Assembly (NCBI GenBank): GCA_965199855.1
Contig: OZ241326.1
Span: 256,001-320,000 of the forward strand
Origin: a bacterium
GTDB lineage: Bacteria; UBA8248
Reading direction: 5' to 3'
DNA: 64,000 bases
The number at the start of each line of letters is the position of its first letter. Within the stretch, counting starts at the first letter, position 1. Below are positions 20,889 through 30,736 of the stretch, piece after piece. The notes under the pieces were generated by a model that saw only the letters and a list, made by a program, of their open reading frames with translations, did not search any database and was not told the origin of the DNA. The translations under genes and the position numbers were made by a program.

Positions 20889-21896
20889 CTATTCCTTCAG
20901 CGCGGGCATGAGCTCATCGGAAATGAGCCGCGCGCTTTCCAGCGCGGAGGAGGCGGGCATCCCGATCCAGCTCGTGCGGATGATGAGGTGGTTCACGCCC
21001 ATGTCCCTGTAGGGCCTGAGCTGCGCGAAGCATTCCTCCGGCGAGCCGATGACGAAGCGATCCTTCAGCAGCGCCTCGAAGGGCTGATCGAAGGTCTCAT
21101 CCTCCGGCAGCGCCTTGTCCTGCCCCCAGCGGGCGTAGTCCCTGTATTTCTGGCCGAGATAGGGGCCGGCGAGTTCGAGCGCCGTTTTTCGGTCCTTGGC
21201 GCAGAACACCTCCTTCATGCAGGGGAGCTCCTTCGGGAAGGGCTTGCCCGCCTCAGCCAGACCCTCGCGGTAGATGCTCATCTGCCGCTCGATGGTCCGC
21301 GTGGTGGCGTGGGGGTTGATGAAGAGCGTGTCGCCCAAGTGCGCCGCCCGCTTCACGGCCGGGTCGCTGTTCGCCGCGAACCAGATGGGCGGATGGGGCT
21401 TCTGCACCGGGCGCATGTTCAGGCGCGCGTTCTCGAGCCGGCAGTATTCGCTCTCGAACGACACGGCCTCCTCCGTCCACAGGCGCTTCACCAGCTCCAG
21501 GCAGTCCGTGAAGCGCTTCACCCGCTCGCCGCGCCGGACGCCGAAGGCGTCGAACTCAACGCCGCGGTAGCCCAGGCCGACGCCGAACGCCATGTTTCCC
21601 TCCGCGATGACGTCCATGGTGGCGACGGTCTCCGCCACGTAGACCGGGTTGTGAAGGTTGATGAGCAGAACGCCGATGCCCAGCGTCATGTCGCCCGCCT
21701 CGGCCTTCAGGCGCGCCAGAAAGGGGAGGTTCTGAAGGTGCTGGACATCGCCCTCGCTCAGGTAGTGCTGGCCGGTGAAGAAGGAGTCCCAGCCCTTGTC
21801 GCGCGCCAGGCGAACCAGGGCTATCTGATCGTGGAGAGCCTCGACCAGATTGGCGTCCAGGGTCTGCTGCGCCGAGAGAAAGATGCCGAATTTCAT
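20889..21896 (-). CDS. LLM class flavin-dependent oxidoreductase
   Basis: NP..VAE..AT.D, GVGLGY...EF and RP.QKPHPPIW motifs. Confidence 0.9.
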   Translation of the reverse strand: MKFGIFLSAQQTLDANLVEALHDQIALVRLARDKGWDSFFTGQHYLSEGDVQHLQNLPFLARLKAEAGDMTLGIGVLLINLHNPVYVAETVATMDVIAEGNMAFGVGLGYRGVEFDAFGVRRGERVKRFTDCLELVKRLWTEEAVSFESEYCRLENARLNMRPVQKPHPPIWFAANSDPAVKRAAHLGDTLFINPHATTRTIERQMSIYREGLAEAGKPFPKELPCMKEVFCAKDRKTALELAGPYLGQKYRDYARWGQDKALPEDETFDQPFEALLKDRFVIGSPEECFAQLRPYRDMGVNHLIIRTSWIGMPASSALESARLISDELMPALKE

Positions 21897-21999
21897 GCCC
21901 GAACCTCAAAGAAAGCGCTTCGTCATTCAAGGCGCGAAAAGGAAAGCCGCGGGGGCGCCTAGGACGCGCCCCCGCGGCCCGATACAAACGGCGTTCAGC

Positions 22000-23529
22000 C
22001 TAGTTGCTGCCGAGCACCTCGATCTCCCAAGGTAGCAGCGTCTCGTCGTGGCGCGGGGTCCACTTCAGATTCGAGCGGTGGCCGAGCACGTCGTGAATCT
22101 TCACGACGATCTTGTGCGTGGCCAGCGCCTTCATCTTGTCGGTTACGGCCTCAAAGGCGGCCTGTTGCTCTTTCGTGTCGACGGTGGCGTTGGCCTTGTC
22201 GATCAGTTTGTCCAGTTCGGGGAAGCACATGCCGCTCCAAGCCCCTTTGCAGCTCGAGGTTCCGCGAAGGACGCCGGAAGAGTCGCCCCCGCCGTTGCCG
22301 AAGCCCATGTAGTAGGCCGCTGCTCCTTTTTTCTTGCCGGCCTTGTAGGCGCGATGGAGCTTCTTGAAGAGCGGGAAGCGCTGGGAGTTGCAGGTGGCGT
22401 CCACGCCGACTTTCTTGATCATGCCGGCGAAGGCCTCGCAGGTGGCCTTGTCGCCCGGATAGCGGCCGTTCGTGGCGATGACTTCCATCTTGAAGCCCTT
22501 CGGATAGCCGGCTTCCTTGAGGAGCGCCTTCGCCTTGGCCGGGTCGTAGCCGTACCACTTCTTGTTCGGGTTGTAGCCCGAGTAGTTCCAGGGGTGGAGC
22601 ATCTGGCCGAAGAGGTCCGCGCGCCCGCCCAGGATGGTCGTTCGCACCGCTTCCGCGTCCAGGGCGTAGTTGATCGCCCTGCGCACCTTCACGTCGGCCA
22701 TCGGGCCGCCGTGTCTCGTGAAGAAGCCCATGTGCATGATGCGCACGGCGGGAACGATGGCGACCTTCGTCCTCGGGTTCTTCTGAAGTTGCGGGATGAA
22801 CTGAGGCATGATGCCCCAGGCCACGTCAATTTCGCCCGCCTGAAGCGCCTTGGCGCGCGTGGCGCTCTCGCGGATGCGACGGAGCACGATGCGCTGCGGC
22901 CGCTTCGGGAAGTTCTTGTTGTTCCACCATTGGGGGTTCGCCTCGAAAACCATCTTCTGGCCCTTCGTCCAGGACTTCAGGATGTAGGGGCCCGTGCCGT
23001 AGGTGTTGCGCGAGATTTTGGCGACGTCCATGCCCTTGGTCTTCAGACTGATGGCGCCGGCCCAGCGGGTCAGGCGGTTCCACATGCCGCTGTCCGGCTG
23101 CTTGTTGTGGTAGATGAAGGTGTGGTCGTCAATGATCTCGATTTTGTCGAAGTTTTTGAAATACGTCCTCTGGCGCGCGGAACTCGTGACGCGGCTGAGC
23201 GTATACTTGACGTTCTCGGCGGTAAGGCGCGTGCCGTCTGTGAATTTCACGCCCTTTCGCAGATGGAACTTCGTGCTTTTGGGGGTCATTTTCACCCACT
23301 TGGTGGCGAGCCAAGGCTTTTTCGCGCCCGTGCCCGTCTCGGCGTGAAGAAGGGTGTCGTAGCTCCAGCGCCAGACCATCGCGCCGATGAAGTTCGAGGT
23401 CCGGTGCGGGTCCATCGTCGGGGGTTCGCCCGTCAGGGCGATGGTGACCGTGCTTTTCGCATCGGCCTTCATGGGCGCGCCCACCGCCAGGATGGCGAAA
23501 GCGGCCAGGACTACGAGAAATTTCCGCAT
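22000..23529 (-). CDS. ABC transporter substrate-binding protein, family 5
   Basis: Signal peptide; LRKGVKF.DG, GTGPY and VRRAINYA motifs; GGAGG SD. Confidence 0.92.
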   Translation of the reverse strand: MRKFLVVLAAFAILAVGAPMKADAKSTVTIALTGEPPTMDPHRTSNFIGAMVWRWSYDTLLHAETGTGAKKPWLATKWVKMTPKSTKFHLRKGVKFTDGTRLTAENVKYTLSRVTSSARQRTYFKNFDKIEIIDDHTFIYHNKQPDSGMWNRLTRWAGAISLKTKGMDVAKISRNTYGTGPYILKSWTKGQKMVFEANPQWWNNKNFPKRPQRIVLRRIRESATRAKALQAGEIDVAWGIMPQFIPQLQKNPRTKVAIVPAVRIMHMGFFTRHGGPMADVKVRRAINYALDAEAVRTTILGGRADLFGQMLHPWNYSGYNPNKKWYGYDPAKAKALLKEAGYPKGFKMEVIATNGRYPGDKATCEAFAGMIKKVGVDATCNSQRFPLFKKLHRAYKAGKKKGAAAYYMGFGNGGGDSSGVLRGTSSCKGAWSGMCFPELDKLIDKANATVDTKEQQAAFEAVTDKMKALATHKIVVKIHDVLGHRSNLKWTPRHDETLLPWEIEVLGSN

Positions 23530-23792
23530 CGGGTTTCCTCCTTCGGGAAGGGATGGGTTCAAAGCCTGCTTCGGCGACACTCGAGAATCCTCTCGCGTGG
23601 TCTTCCGGTGATATTTTGGTTCTTTCCCTATGTCGGATGCCCCAATCTATCACGAACGCGGGCGAGGCGTCAAAGCATAAAGCGCGGTTTTTTCGCGCGC
23701 GCCTTTCCTTGTGAATTCGCGCGCGCCGCGCGTATATTCTCCATGTTTCCGGATTCGTGAATATGCGCGGGCTTTCGGCGGGAGGGCTTCTC

Positions 23793-24968
23793 ATGGCGGC
23801 GGAAAGCGTCATCGGCTCGTGGTTCCGGTATTTCCCCGAGCACTATCTGTGGTCGCAGGTGATGTGCGGACAAATCAGCGTCGCTCCGATGGGAGGCTCG
23901 AACTTCCAGGAGCTGGACCAGATCGGAAGGCGGCTGCGCGGACGCGAGGGCGACGCCGAAGCCTGGCGCGAGGCCTGGGAATGGATGGCGGACAAGACCC
24001 TGGCGCGCGCCGGGGAGGAGGAGCGCAGGGGCCACGCGCAGACCTCGATGGCGGCCTACGTGCGAAGCGCGATGTACCGCTATGCGAGCGAGCGCTTCGT
24101 GCATCCCGATAATCCGCGAAAGGCGGAATCCTACAGGAAGCTTCTCCCCCACTACGAGAAGGGGATGAAGCATCGCGTCCCCGGCTTTCAGCGCGTGGAG
24201 GTTCCCTACGAGGAGGGCGCGCTGCCGGCGTATCTGCTTCCGCCTGTGAACCCGACCGGCCGAGACCCCTACGTCGTCTTTTTCGACGGGCTGGACGGCT
24301 CCAAGGAGATCACCGTTCTGTGGGGCGGACTCGCCCTGACGGAGCGCGGCGTCGGCGTTCTCTGCGTGGACGGGCCGGGACAGGGGGAGACGCTCAGGCT
24401 TCGGGGGATTCCGAGCCGCCCCGACTACGAGGCGGCCGGGACGGCGGCTTTCGATTTTCTGGACGCGCGGCCCGAGGCGGACTCCGCGCGCATCGGCCTC
24501 ATGGCGATGAGCATGGGAGGCTACTACGCGCCGCGCGTCGCCGCTTTCGAGCATCGCTACGCGGCGTGCCTCGCCTGGGGGGCGCATTTCGATTATCACG
24601 AGGTCTGGGTTCACAGAAGGCGGGTGCTGGAAGGCGGCGGCACCGTGGCCTCTTCCGCCATCTGGCAGCTGCCCTGGGTGCTGGGGACGCCGGACATGGA
24701 TTCGGCCATGGAGAAATGCAGGGCCTACACGCTGGCGGGCGTCGCGGAGAAGATGCGAATGCCCGTCTGCATCGTCCATGGGCGCGACGACAACATCGTG
24801 CCGGTCGAGATGGCCCACAGGCTCTACGAAGCCTGCGGATCGAAGGAGAAGGAGCTCAAAATCTTCACCGTCGAGGACGGCGGCAGCCAGCACTGCGTCT
24901 TCGACAACCTGCCGATGTGCGGCGCCTGGATCGCGGACTGGTGGATGGACAGGCTCGCCGCCGCGTAG
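23793..24968 (+). CDS. Alpha/beta hydrolase, 2,6-dihydroxypseudooxynicotine hydrolase/FrsA-like (paralog 1)
   Basis: FDGLD..KE, DGPGQGE, MSMGGYYAPR and GG.QHC..DN motifs. Confidence 0.85.
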   Translation: MAAESVIGSWFRYFPEHYLWSQVMCGQISVAPMGGSNFQELDQIGRRLRGREGDAEAWREAWEWMADKTLARAGEEERRGHAQTSMAAYVRSAMYRYASERFVHPDNPRKAESYRKLLPHYEKGMKHRVPGFQRVEVPYEEGALPAYLLPPVNPTGRDPYVVFFDGLDGSKEITVLWGGLALTERGVGVLCVDGPGQGETLRLRGIPSRPDYEAAGTAAFDFLDARPEADSARIGLMAMSMGGYYAPRVAAFEHRYAACLAWGAHFDYHEVWVHRRRVLEGGGTVASSAIWQLPWVLGTPDMDSAMEKCRAYTLAGVAEKMRMPVCIVHGRDDNIVPVEMAHRLYEACGSKEKELKIFTVEDGGSQHCVFDNLPMCGAWIADWWMDRLAAA

Positions 24969-25043
24969 GCGCCGTCCGCTTCCGGCGGAGGCTTCGGGAT
25001 TCCGGAAGCCCCGCCTTCGCCCCGTTCACGAAAGGAGAAGGGA

Positions 25044-25448
25044 ATGGCGGAGGAGACGAGAGAGGAAAAGGTGAGGCGCATCACGGAGAAGATTCACGGC
25101 GACAGGGGCTTCGTGTATGACGTGCTCGGCTTCGGGGCGCGGCTGGATCCGGATTATTTCGAGGTCTATTCGCAGATGCACTGGGGCTTCTTCAAGGAGG
25201 AGCCGCGCCACTTGGACCCCAAGACGCGCGAACTCATCGAAATCGGCCTGCTCGCCTTCAGGGGCATGAAGCACGAGGTCTATACCCACACGAAGAAAGC
25301 GCTGCGCCTGGGCGCGACGATGGAGGAGGCGCTCGAGGCCTTCGAGGTGGCGAGCATCGGCGGGGGCGCGCCCGTGCTGATGGAGGGCCTGTACGCCCTC
25401 AAGCGCATCGCCGACGAGCAGGCCGAGGAGGAGCGCGCGAACGCCTGA
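25044..25448 (+). other. Carboxymuconolactone decarboxylase family protein
   Basis: LDPKTRELI and H...ALRLGAT.EE motifs. Confidence 0.82.
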
Positions 25449-25542
25449 TCGCTCGCTGGTCAGGCGAGGGGATTCGTGAGAGCCTCGGCCGTGGAGTCTC
25501 CCGAACAGGAAAAGCCACCCTCTCGATCAAGGAGAGCGTCTT

Positions 25543-26511
25543 TTGGCCCCGGGGAAAGCGTCTTTGACCGATGCGCGGATGCAGGAGATGTATCGCGCCA
25601 TGCTGCGCATCCGAAGGTTCGAGGAAACGGCCTTCGATCTGTTCGAGAAGGGCGAAGTGGTGGGCGGCATCCACGTGAGCGTCGGGCAGGAGGCATGCTC
25701 GGTCGGGGCGTGCGGCGCGCTCAGGGAGGACGACGCGATTCTCACCACCCACCGGGGACACGGCCACTCCATCGCCAAGGGAACGCGCCTGCCCGAGATG
25801 ATGGCGGAGCTTCTGGGCAAGGCGACCGGCCTTTGCCACGCCAAGGGCGGCTCCATGCACATCGCCGACGTGTCGAAGGGACACTACGGGGCGCACTCCA
25901 TCGTCGGCTCGAACATGCCCATGGCGGTGGGCATCGGCCTGGCCTTTCACTTCGAGGGCAGGGGACAGGCGGCGGTCGCCTTCTTCGGAGACGGCGCGGC
26001 GAACGAGGGCAGCTTCCATGAATCCATGAACCTGGCCTCGATATGGAAGCTTCCCGTCGTCTTCTTCTGCGAGAACAATCATTTCGCCTCGAGCACCCGG
26101 GTGGGATACGCCACCTCGGTGGCGGACATCAGCGCGCGGGCGGGAGGCTACGGCATGCCCGGCGCGACCGTGGACGGCATGGACGTGCTGGCGGTTCACG
26201 AGGTGATGGCCGAGGCCGTGGCCCGCGCCCGCGGGGGGGCGGGCCCCAGCCTGATCGAGGCGAAAACCTATCGCTATTTCGGCCATTCGAGAAAGGACCC
26301 CCGCTTCGGGCTCTACAGGACGGAGGAGGAGTGGAGCGAGTGGAAGGAGAAGGATCCGCTCCTCCTGGCGGAGAGAATCCTGGGGGTGAGCGAGGCGCAG
26401 AAAAAGGCGCACCTGGAGGCGGTGGAAGAGGAGTTGCGCGAGGCGCTCGCCTTCGCGGAGGCGAGCCCCGAGCCCGCGCCCGAAGCCGTGTTTGAGGATC
26501 TCTATGCCTGA
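25543..26511 (+). CDS. TPP-dependent dehydrogenase E1 alpha subunit (AcoA/PdhA-like)
   Basis: GQEA, HRGHGH, GGSMH, GDGA..EG...ENN and TYR..GHS motifs. Confidence 0.92.
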   Translation: MAPGKASLTDARMQEMYRAMLRIRRFEETAFDLFEKGEVVGGIHVSVGQEACSVGACGALREDDAILTTHRGHGHSIAKGTRLPEMMAELLGKATGLCHAKGGSMHIADVSKGHYGAHSIVGSNMPMAVGIGLAFHFEGRGQAAVAFFGDGAANEGSFHESMNLASIWKLPVVFFCENNHFASSTRVGYATSVADISARAGGYGMPGATVDGMDVLAVHEVMAEAVARARGGAGPSLIEAKTYRYFGHSRKDPRFGLYRTEEEWSEWKEKDPLLLAERILGVSEAQKKAHLEAVEEELREALAFAEASPEPAPEAVFEDLYA

Positions 26512-27502
26512 GGCGAAGACGCGATCCATCTCATACGCGGCGGCGCTCAACGAGGCGCTCCACGAGGAGATGGCGCGCGATGAAAAGGTTTTCCTGATGG
26601 GAGAGGACGTGGCGCTCTCCGCCATCTCTCCCGCGACGGCGGGCCTGGGCGAGCGGTTCGGCCCCGAGCGCGTTCGCAACACGCCGATAAGCGAGCTGGG
26701 CTTCACCGGCGCCGCCGTCGGCGCGGCGATGGCGGGCTATCGGCCCGTTCTCGACATGCGGCGCATCGACTTCATGATGCTGGCGATCGACCCGATCGCG
26801 AACCAGGCGGCCAAGCTGCGCTACATGCTCGGCGGCCAGGTGAGCGTCCCCCTGGTGATCCGCGCGCCCGAGGGCGGCGGCGTCCAGAACGGCCCCACGC
26901 ACAGCCAGTGCCTGGAGGCTTGGTTCATCCAGGTGCCGGGCCTGCGCGTCGTGGTGCCGAGCGATCCGGCGGACGCCAAGGGGCTTTTGAAGTCCGCCAT
27001 ACGGGAGGACAACCCCGTGCTGTTCGTGGAGTATCGCTCGCTCTATTCCGTGGAAGGCCCCGTGCCCGAGGGGGACTGGACGACGCCCATCGGCGAGGCG
27101 GCGGTGAAGAGAGAGGGGGCGGACATCACCCTCATCGGCGTAGGGAGCCAGGCGCGCAACTGCCTGGAGGCTGCGGACGCCCTCGCGCGGGAGGGAATCG
27201 ACGCCGAGGTGGCCGACCCCAGAACCATCAATCCGCTCGACGTGGAAGGGCTCGCGGCCTCCGTCCGAAAGACCGGGGCGTGCGTGATAGCCGAGGAGGG
27301 ACACAGAAGCGGGGGAGTGGGCGCGGAAATCGCCGCCTCGCTCCAGGAGGCGGCCTTCGGCGCGCTCCAGGCGCCCGTCGCGCGCGTGGCGGCGCTGGAC
27401 GTGCCCGTACCCGTTCACGCGAAGCTGGAGGCGATCGTCCTGCCCAGCGCGGAGAAAATCCTGAAGGCGGCGAAGCGGACCCTGGCCGCCGCGGGGCGAT
27501 AG
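26504..27502 (+). CDS. TPP-dependent dehydrogenase E1 beta subunit
   Basis: MGEDV, NTPISE, HSQ.LE and DNPV motifs. Confidence 0.92.
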   Translation: MPEAKTRSISYAAALNEALHEEMARDEKVFLMGEDVALSAISPATAGLGERFGPERVRNTPISELGFTGAAVGAAMAGYRPVLDMRRIDFMMLAIDPIANQAAKLRYMLGGQVSVPLVIRAPEGGGVQNGPTHSQCLEAWFIQVPGLRVVVPSDPADAKGLLKSAIREDNPVLFVEYRSLYSVEGPVPEGDWTTPIGEAAVKREGADITLIGVGSQARNCLEAADALAREGIDAEVADPRTINPLDVEGLAASVRKTGACVIAEEGHRSGGVGAEIAASLQEAAFGALQAPVARVAALDVPVPVHAKLEAIVLPSAEKILKAAKRTLAAAGR

Positions 27503-27505
27503 CCC

Positions 27506-28486
27506 CTATTGCGCGACGACGGGGTTTCTCAAAACGCCCAGGTGCTCGACCTCGCACTCCACCACGTCGCCCGGTCTGAGCAGAAACGGCTCCGGGTCTT
27601 CCCGCTCGAGGGCCACCCCGCAGAACGTTCCCGATGAGATGATGTCGCCGGGCTCCAGCGACATCTGGCTGTAGAAGGCGACGAGCTCGGGTATCTTGAA
27701 GATCATGTCGGTCAGGCGCTCGTCCTGCCGCGTTTCGCCGTTCACCCGGCACTGCACGCGGAGCGATTCAGGGTTCGGCGCCTCGTCCGCGGTGACGAGG
27801 CAGGGGCCGATGGGGTTGGTGGCGTCGAAGTTCTTTCCCAGAAACACGCCGCCCAGCGCGGGGTCTCTCTGCACCTCGCGCGCCGTGATGTCGTTGTAGA
27901 CCGTATAGCCCATGATGACGTCGAAGGCGCGCTCCGGCTTCACGTCCTTGCAGTATGCGCCGATGACGATGCCCACCTCCGCCTCGTAGTCCAGCATCCG
28001 GGTCTGCTTCGGATAGAGCACGGGCTCCTCGTGGCCGATGAGCGATGTGTCGAAGCGCGGCGCGCCGGGCACGTTTGCGGGAACCGCGTGCCCCGTGTTC
28101 GCCACGTGCTTGTGCGAGTTCAGCCCGGTGTGGAAAAACTTGCCCGGGTGCGGAATCGGCGCCCGGAGCCGAACGTGCCTGCTTTTGAGGGCGGCGAGTT
28201 CTCCGTCCGGCCCCGCCGGCTCTCCGCCGGCCTCAATCGCCGCCTCCGCGTGGTCGAGCGCCGCGCGCGCGGCGGCCAGGGCCGGCTCCCCGCCGCATAG
28301 GAAATCGCGCATGTCCCTCGGAATCCGCGCGTTCGCCATGGCGTAGGGGCGTCCCTCCCCCTCTTTTTCCGCGAGCAGGCCCGCGTAGGCGAGCCGCAGG
28401 TCGAGCATCCTCCCGTCGGCCAAGACGGCTCCCAGACGGTCTCCCGCGGCTCCCGGCGAGAGATTCCTGTAGGTGGCGAGCTTCAT
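27506..28486 (-). CDS. Fumarylacetoacetate hydrolase family protein
   Basis: LDYEAE, NDITAR, GKNFD and PGDII.SGT motifs. Confidence 0.9.
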   Translation of the reverse strand: MKLATYRNLSPGAAGDRLGAVLADGRMLDLRLAYAGLLAEKEGEGRPYAMANARIPRDMRDFLCGGEPALAAARAALDHAEAAIEAGGEPAGPDGELAALKSRHVRLRAPIPHPGKFFHTGLNSHKHVANTGHAVPANVPGAPRFDTSLIGHEEPVLYPKQTRMLDYEAEVGIVIGAYCKDVKPERAFDVIMGYTVYNDITAREVQRDPALGGVFLGKNFDATNPIGPCLVTADEAPNPESLRVQCRVNGETRQDERLTDMIFKIPELVAFYSQMSLEPGDIISSGTFCGVALEREDPEPFLLRPGDVVECEVEHLGVLRNPVVAQ

Positions 28487-28741
28487 GGGCGTTTCCCCCT
28501 TGCGAGCGATGGGCCGGAAAACCAGGAATCGCGCGCCTGCGCGCGCCGCGAGCCTTCATCCTACAGAACGAAGGCGCGGATTGTCCATGAGGCGGGACGC
28601 GGAGCGGAGCCGCCCGGGAAGCGCGAACGCGGAAGGAGGCGCCGCGCCCGCGCTTGACGACTTGGCGAAAGCGGGGGATAAATAGCCTTTCACGCGAAGT
28701 CGATGCGTTCGTTCGCGGCCGCTTCTCGTCGGGGTTCCGCC

Positions 28742-29761
28742 ATGCGCACCTACATCATCAGGCGCTGCCTTCAAAGCTTCATCGTGTTCACGGCGATTCT
28801 GATCATCGTGTTCTCGATGCTCCAGATCACCGGCAACCCCGCGGCCGTCCTGATGCCGCTGGACTCCTCCGAGGAGGACATCCGGGCCTTCAGCAAGGAG
28901 ATGGGCTTCGATCAGCCCATCCCGATCCAGTTCGCCAAGTTCATCCTGGGCTCGGACCTGGTGGACGATCTGCTGGGGGTCGAAAGGACGAAAGAGAAGA
29001 TCGACGACCTGGAGCGCGACTCCGACGCGCCCAAGATCGTCAGGACGAAGGGGGTGATCCGCGGGGATTTCGGCTTCTCCTACCGGCATGAAATTCCGGC
29101 GATGGGCCTCGTGCTCGAACATTTCCCGAACACGGTCCTCCTCGCCTTCGCGGCGGTGCTCATCGCCGTGGTGGTCTCCATCCCCGCCGGCGTGCTCTCG
29201 GCCACCTTCCGCAACACGTGGATTGACTACACCAGCTCCGTCGGCGCGATGTTCGGCCAGTCGATGCCGAACTTCTGGCTCGGGCTGCTGCTTATCATCT
29301 TCTTCGCCGTGTATCTGGGCTGGCTGCCCACGTCGGGCTTCGACGCCTGGTATTACATCGTCCTGCCGGCGATCACGGCGGGCCTTTACGCTACCGCGCG
29401 CATCACGCGCCTGGTGCGCTCGCAGATGCTCGAGGTGCTGGGCATGGACTACGTGCGCACGGCGCGCTCGAAGGGCATCGTGGAGTGGCTCGTGGTGGTG
29501 CGCCACGCCCTCAAGAACGCGTCCATCCCCGTCGTCACCCTAGTGGGCTTCGAGCTGGGCATCCTGCTCGGCGGCACGGTGGTGACGGAGGCCGTCTTCG
29601 CGTGGCCGGGCGTGGGCTTTCTGGTCGTGGACGCGATCAACAACCAGGACTATCCCATCGTCCAGGCGGCGGTGGCCCTGCTCGCGTTCGTGTTCGTTTT
29701 CGTGAATCTCGTGGTGGACATACTCTACGCCTGGCTCGACCCGAGAATCTCCTACAGCTAG
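28742..29761 (+). CDS. Peptide ABC transporter permease (DppB/OppB-like)
   Basis: GDFG.S, P.FW.G, DYVRTARSKG and DPRI motifs. Confidence 0.93.
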   Translation: MRTYIIRRCLQSFIVFTAILIIVFSMLQITGNPAAVLMPLDSSEEDIRAFSKEMGFDQPIPIQFAKFILGSDLVDDLLGVERTKEKIDDLERDSDAPKIVRTKGVIRGDFGFSYRHEIPAMGLVLEHFPNTVLLAFAAVLIAVVVSIPAGVLSATFRNTWIDYTSSVGAMFGQSMPNFWLGLLLIIFFAVYLGWLPTSGFDAWYYIVLPAITAGLYATARITRLVRSQMLEVLGMDYVRTARSKGIVEWLVVVRHALKNASIPVVTLVGFELGILLGGTVVTEAVFAWPGVGFLVVDAINNQDYPIVQAAVALLAFVFVFVNLVVDILYAWLDPRISYS

Positions 29762-29783
29762 GCGAGAGAGGAGAGAGGCCCTC

Positions 29784-30713
29784 ATGGCCGTGGACGACAG
29801 AGCGGCGGCGCTCAACGTTGAAATCGACGAAGACATGGAGCGCGGGCCGACTGATTTTCAGCTGGCGCTGCAGGAGCTCAAGCGGCGGCCGCCGGCGATT
29901 TTCGGCGCGCTGTTCATCGCCGTCGTCATCATCTTCGCCGTCGCGCCGGAATGGTTCTCTCCGCTCGATCCTCTCTCGCAGGATCTGGGGAGGTATCTCA
30001 AGGCGCCCGGCTATGTGGACAAGGCGGGCGACGTGTATTGGCTGGGCACCGATCAGCAGGGCCGCGACATCCTGAGCCGCATCGTCTGGGGTTCGCGCAT
30101 CTCGCTCATCGTCGGCATCGCCGCCGTCCTCGTGAGCGGCCTCATCGGCATCACGGTCGGCATTTTCGCGGGCTATTTCGGCGGATGGGTGGACACCGTC
30201 ATCAGCCGCATCATCGACACGGCCCTCGCGGTTCCCTTCATCCTGCTCGCCATCAGCCTGGTGGCGATACTGGGGCCGAGCCTTCAGAACATCGTTCTGG
30301 TCATCGCGCTGAGAACCTGGCTCGTCTATGCGCGGGTGGTGCGCGCGGAGGTTCTCTCCGTCAAGGAAAACGAGTTCATCACCGGAGCGCAGGCGACCGG
30401 CTGCGGCACGCTACGCATTCTGTTCGTCTATCTTTTCCCGAACGTCGCCTCGACGGCCATCGTCATCGCCACGCTCTACCTGGGCCGGATGATCATCATC
30501 GAGTCCGCGCTCTCCTTCCTGGGGCTGGGCGTGCCGCCTCCCACGCCGACCTGGGGCGGAATGCTCGCCGACGGCAGGAGCTTTCTCGACACGGCCTGGT
30601 GGATCGCGCTCTTCCCGGGCCTCATCCTGATGCTCACGGTCCTGAGCGTGAACCTGCTGGGCGACTGGCTGCGCGACGTGCTCGATCCGAGAATGAAGCG
30701 CCTCGCCGAGTAG
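29784..30713 (+). CDS. Peptide ABC transporter permease (DppC/OppC-like)
   Basis: LGTD..GRD, ESALSFLGLG and LRD.LDPR motifs. Confidence 0.93.
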   Translation: MAVDDRAAALNVEIDEDMERGPTDFQLALQELKRRPPAIFGALFIAVVIIFAVAPEWFSPLDPLSQDLGRYLKAPGYVDKAGDVYWLGTDQQGRDILSRIVWGSRISLIVGIAAVLVSGLIGITVGIFAGYFGGWVDTVISRIIDTALAVPFILLAISLVAILGPSLQNIVLVIALRTWLVYARVVRAEVLSVKENEFITGAQATGCGTLRILFVYLFPNVASTAIVIATLYLGRMIIIESALSFLGLGVPPPTPTWGGMLADGRSFLDTAWWIALFPGLILMLTVLSVNLLGDWLRDVLDPRMKRLAE

Positions 30714-30736
30714 CCTACTCAAGCGGGAGCCTCCCC

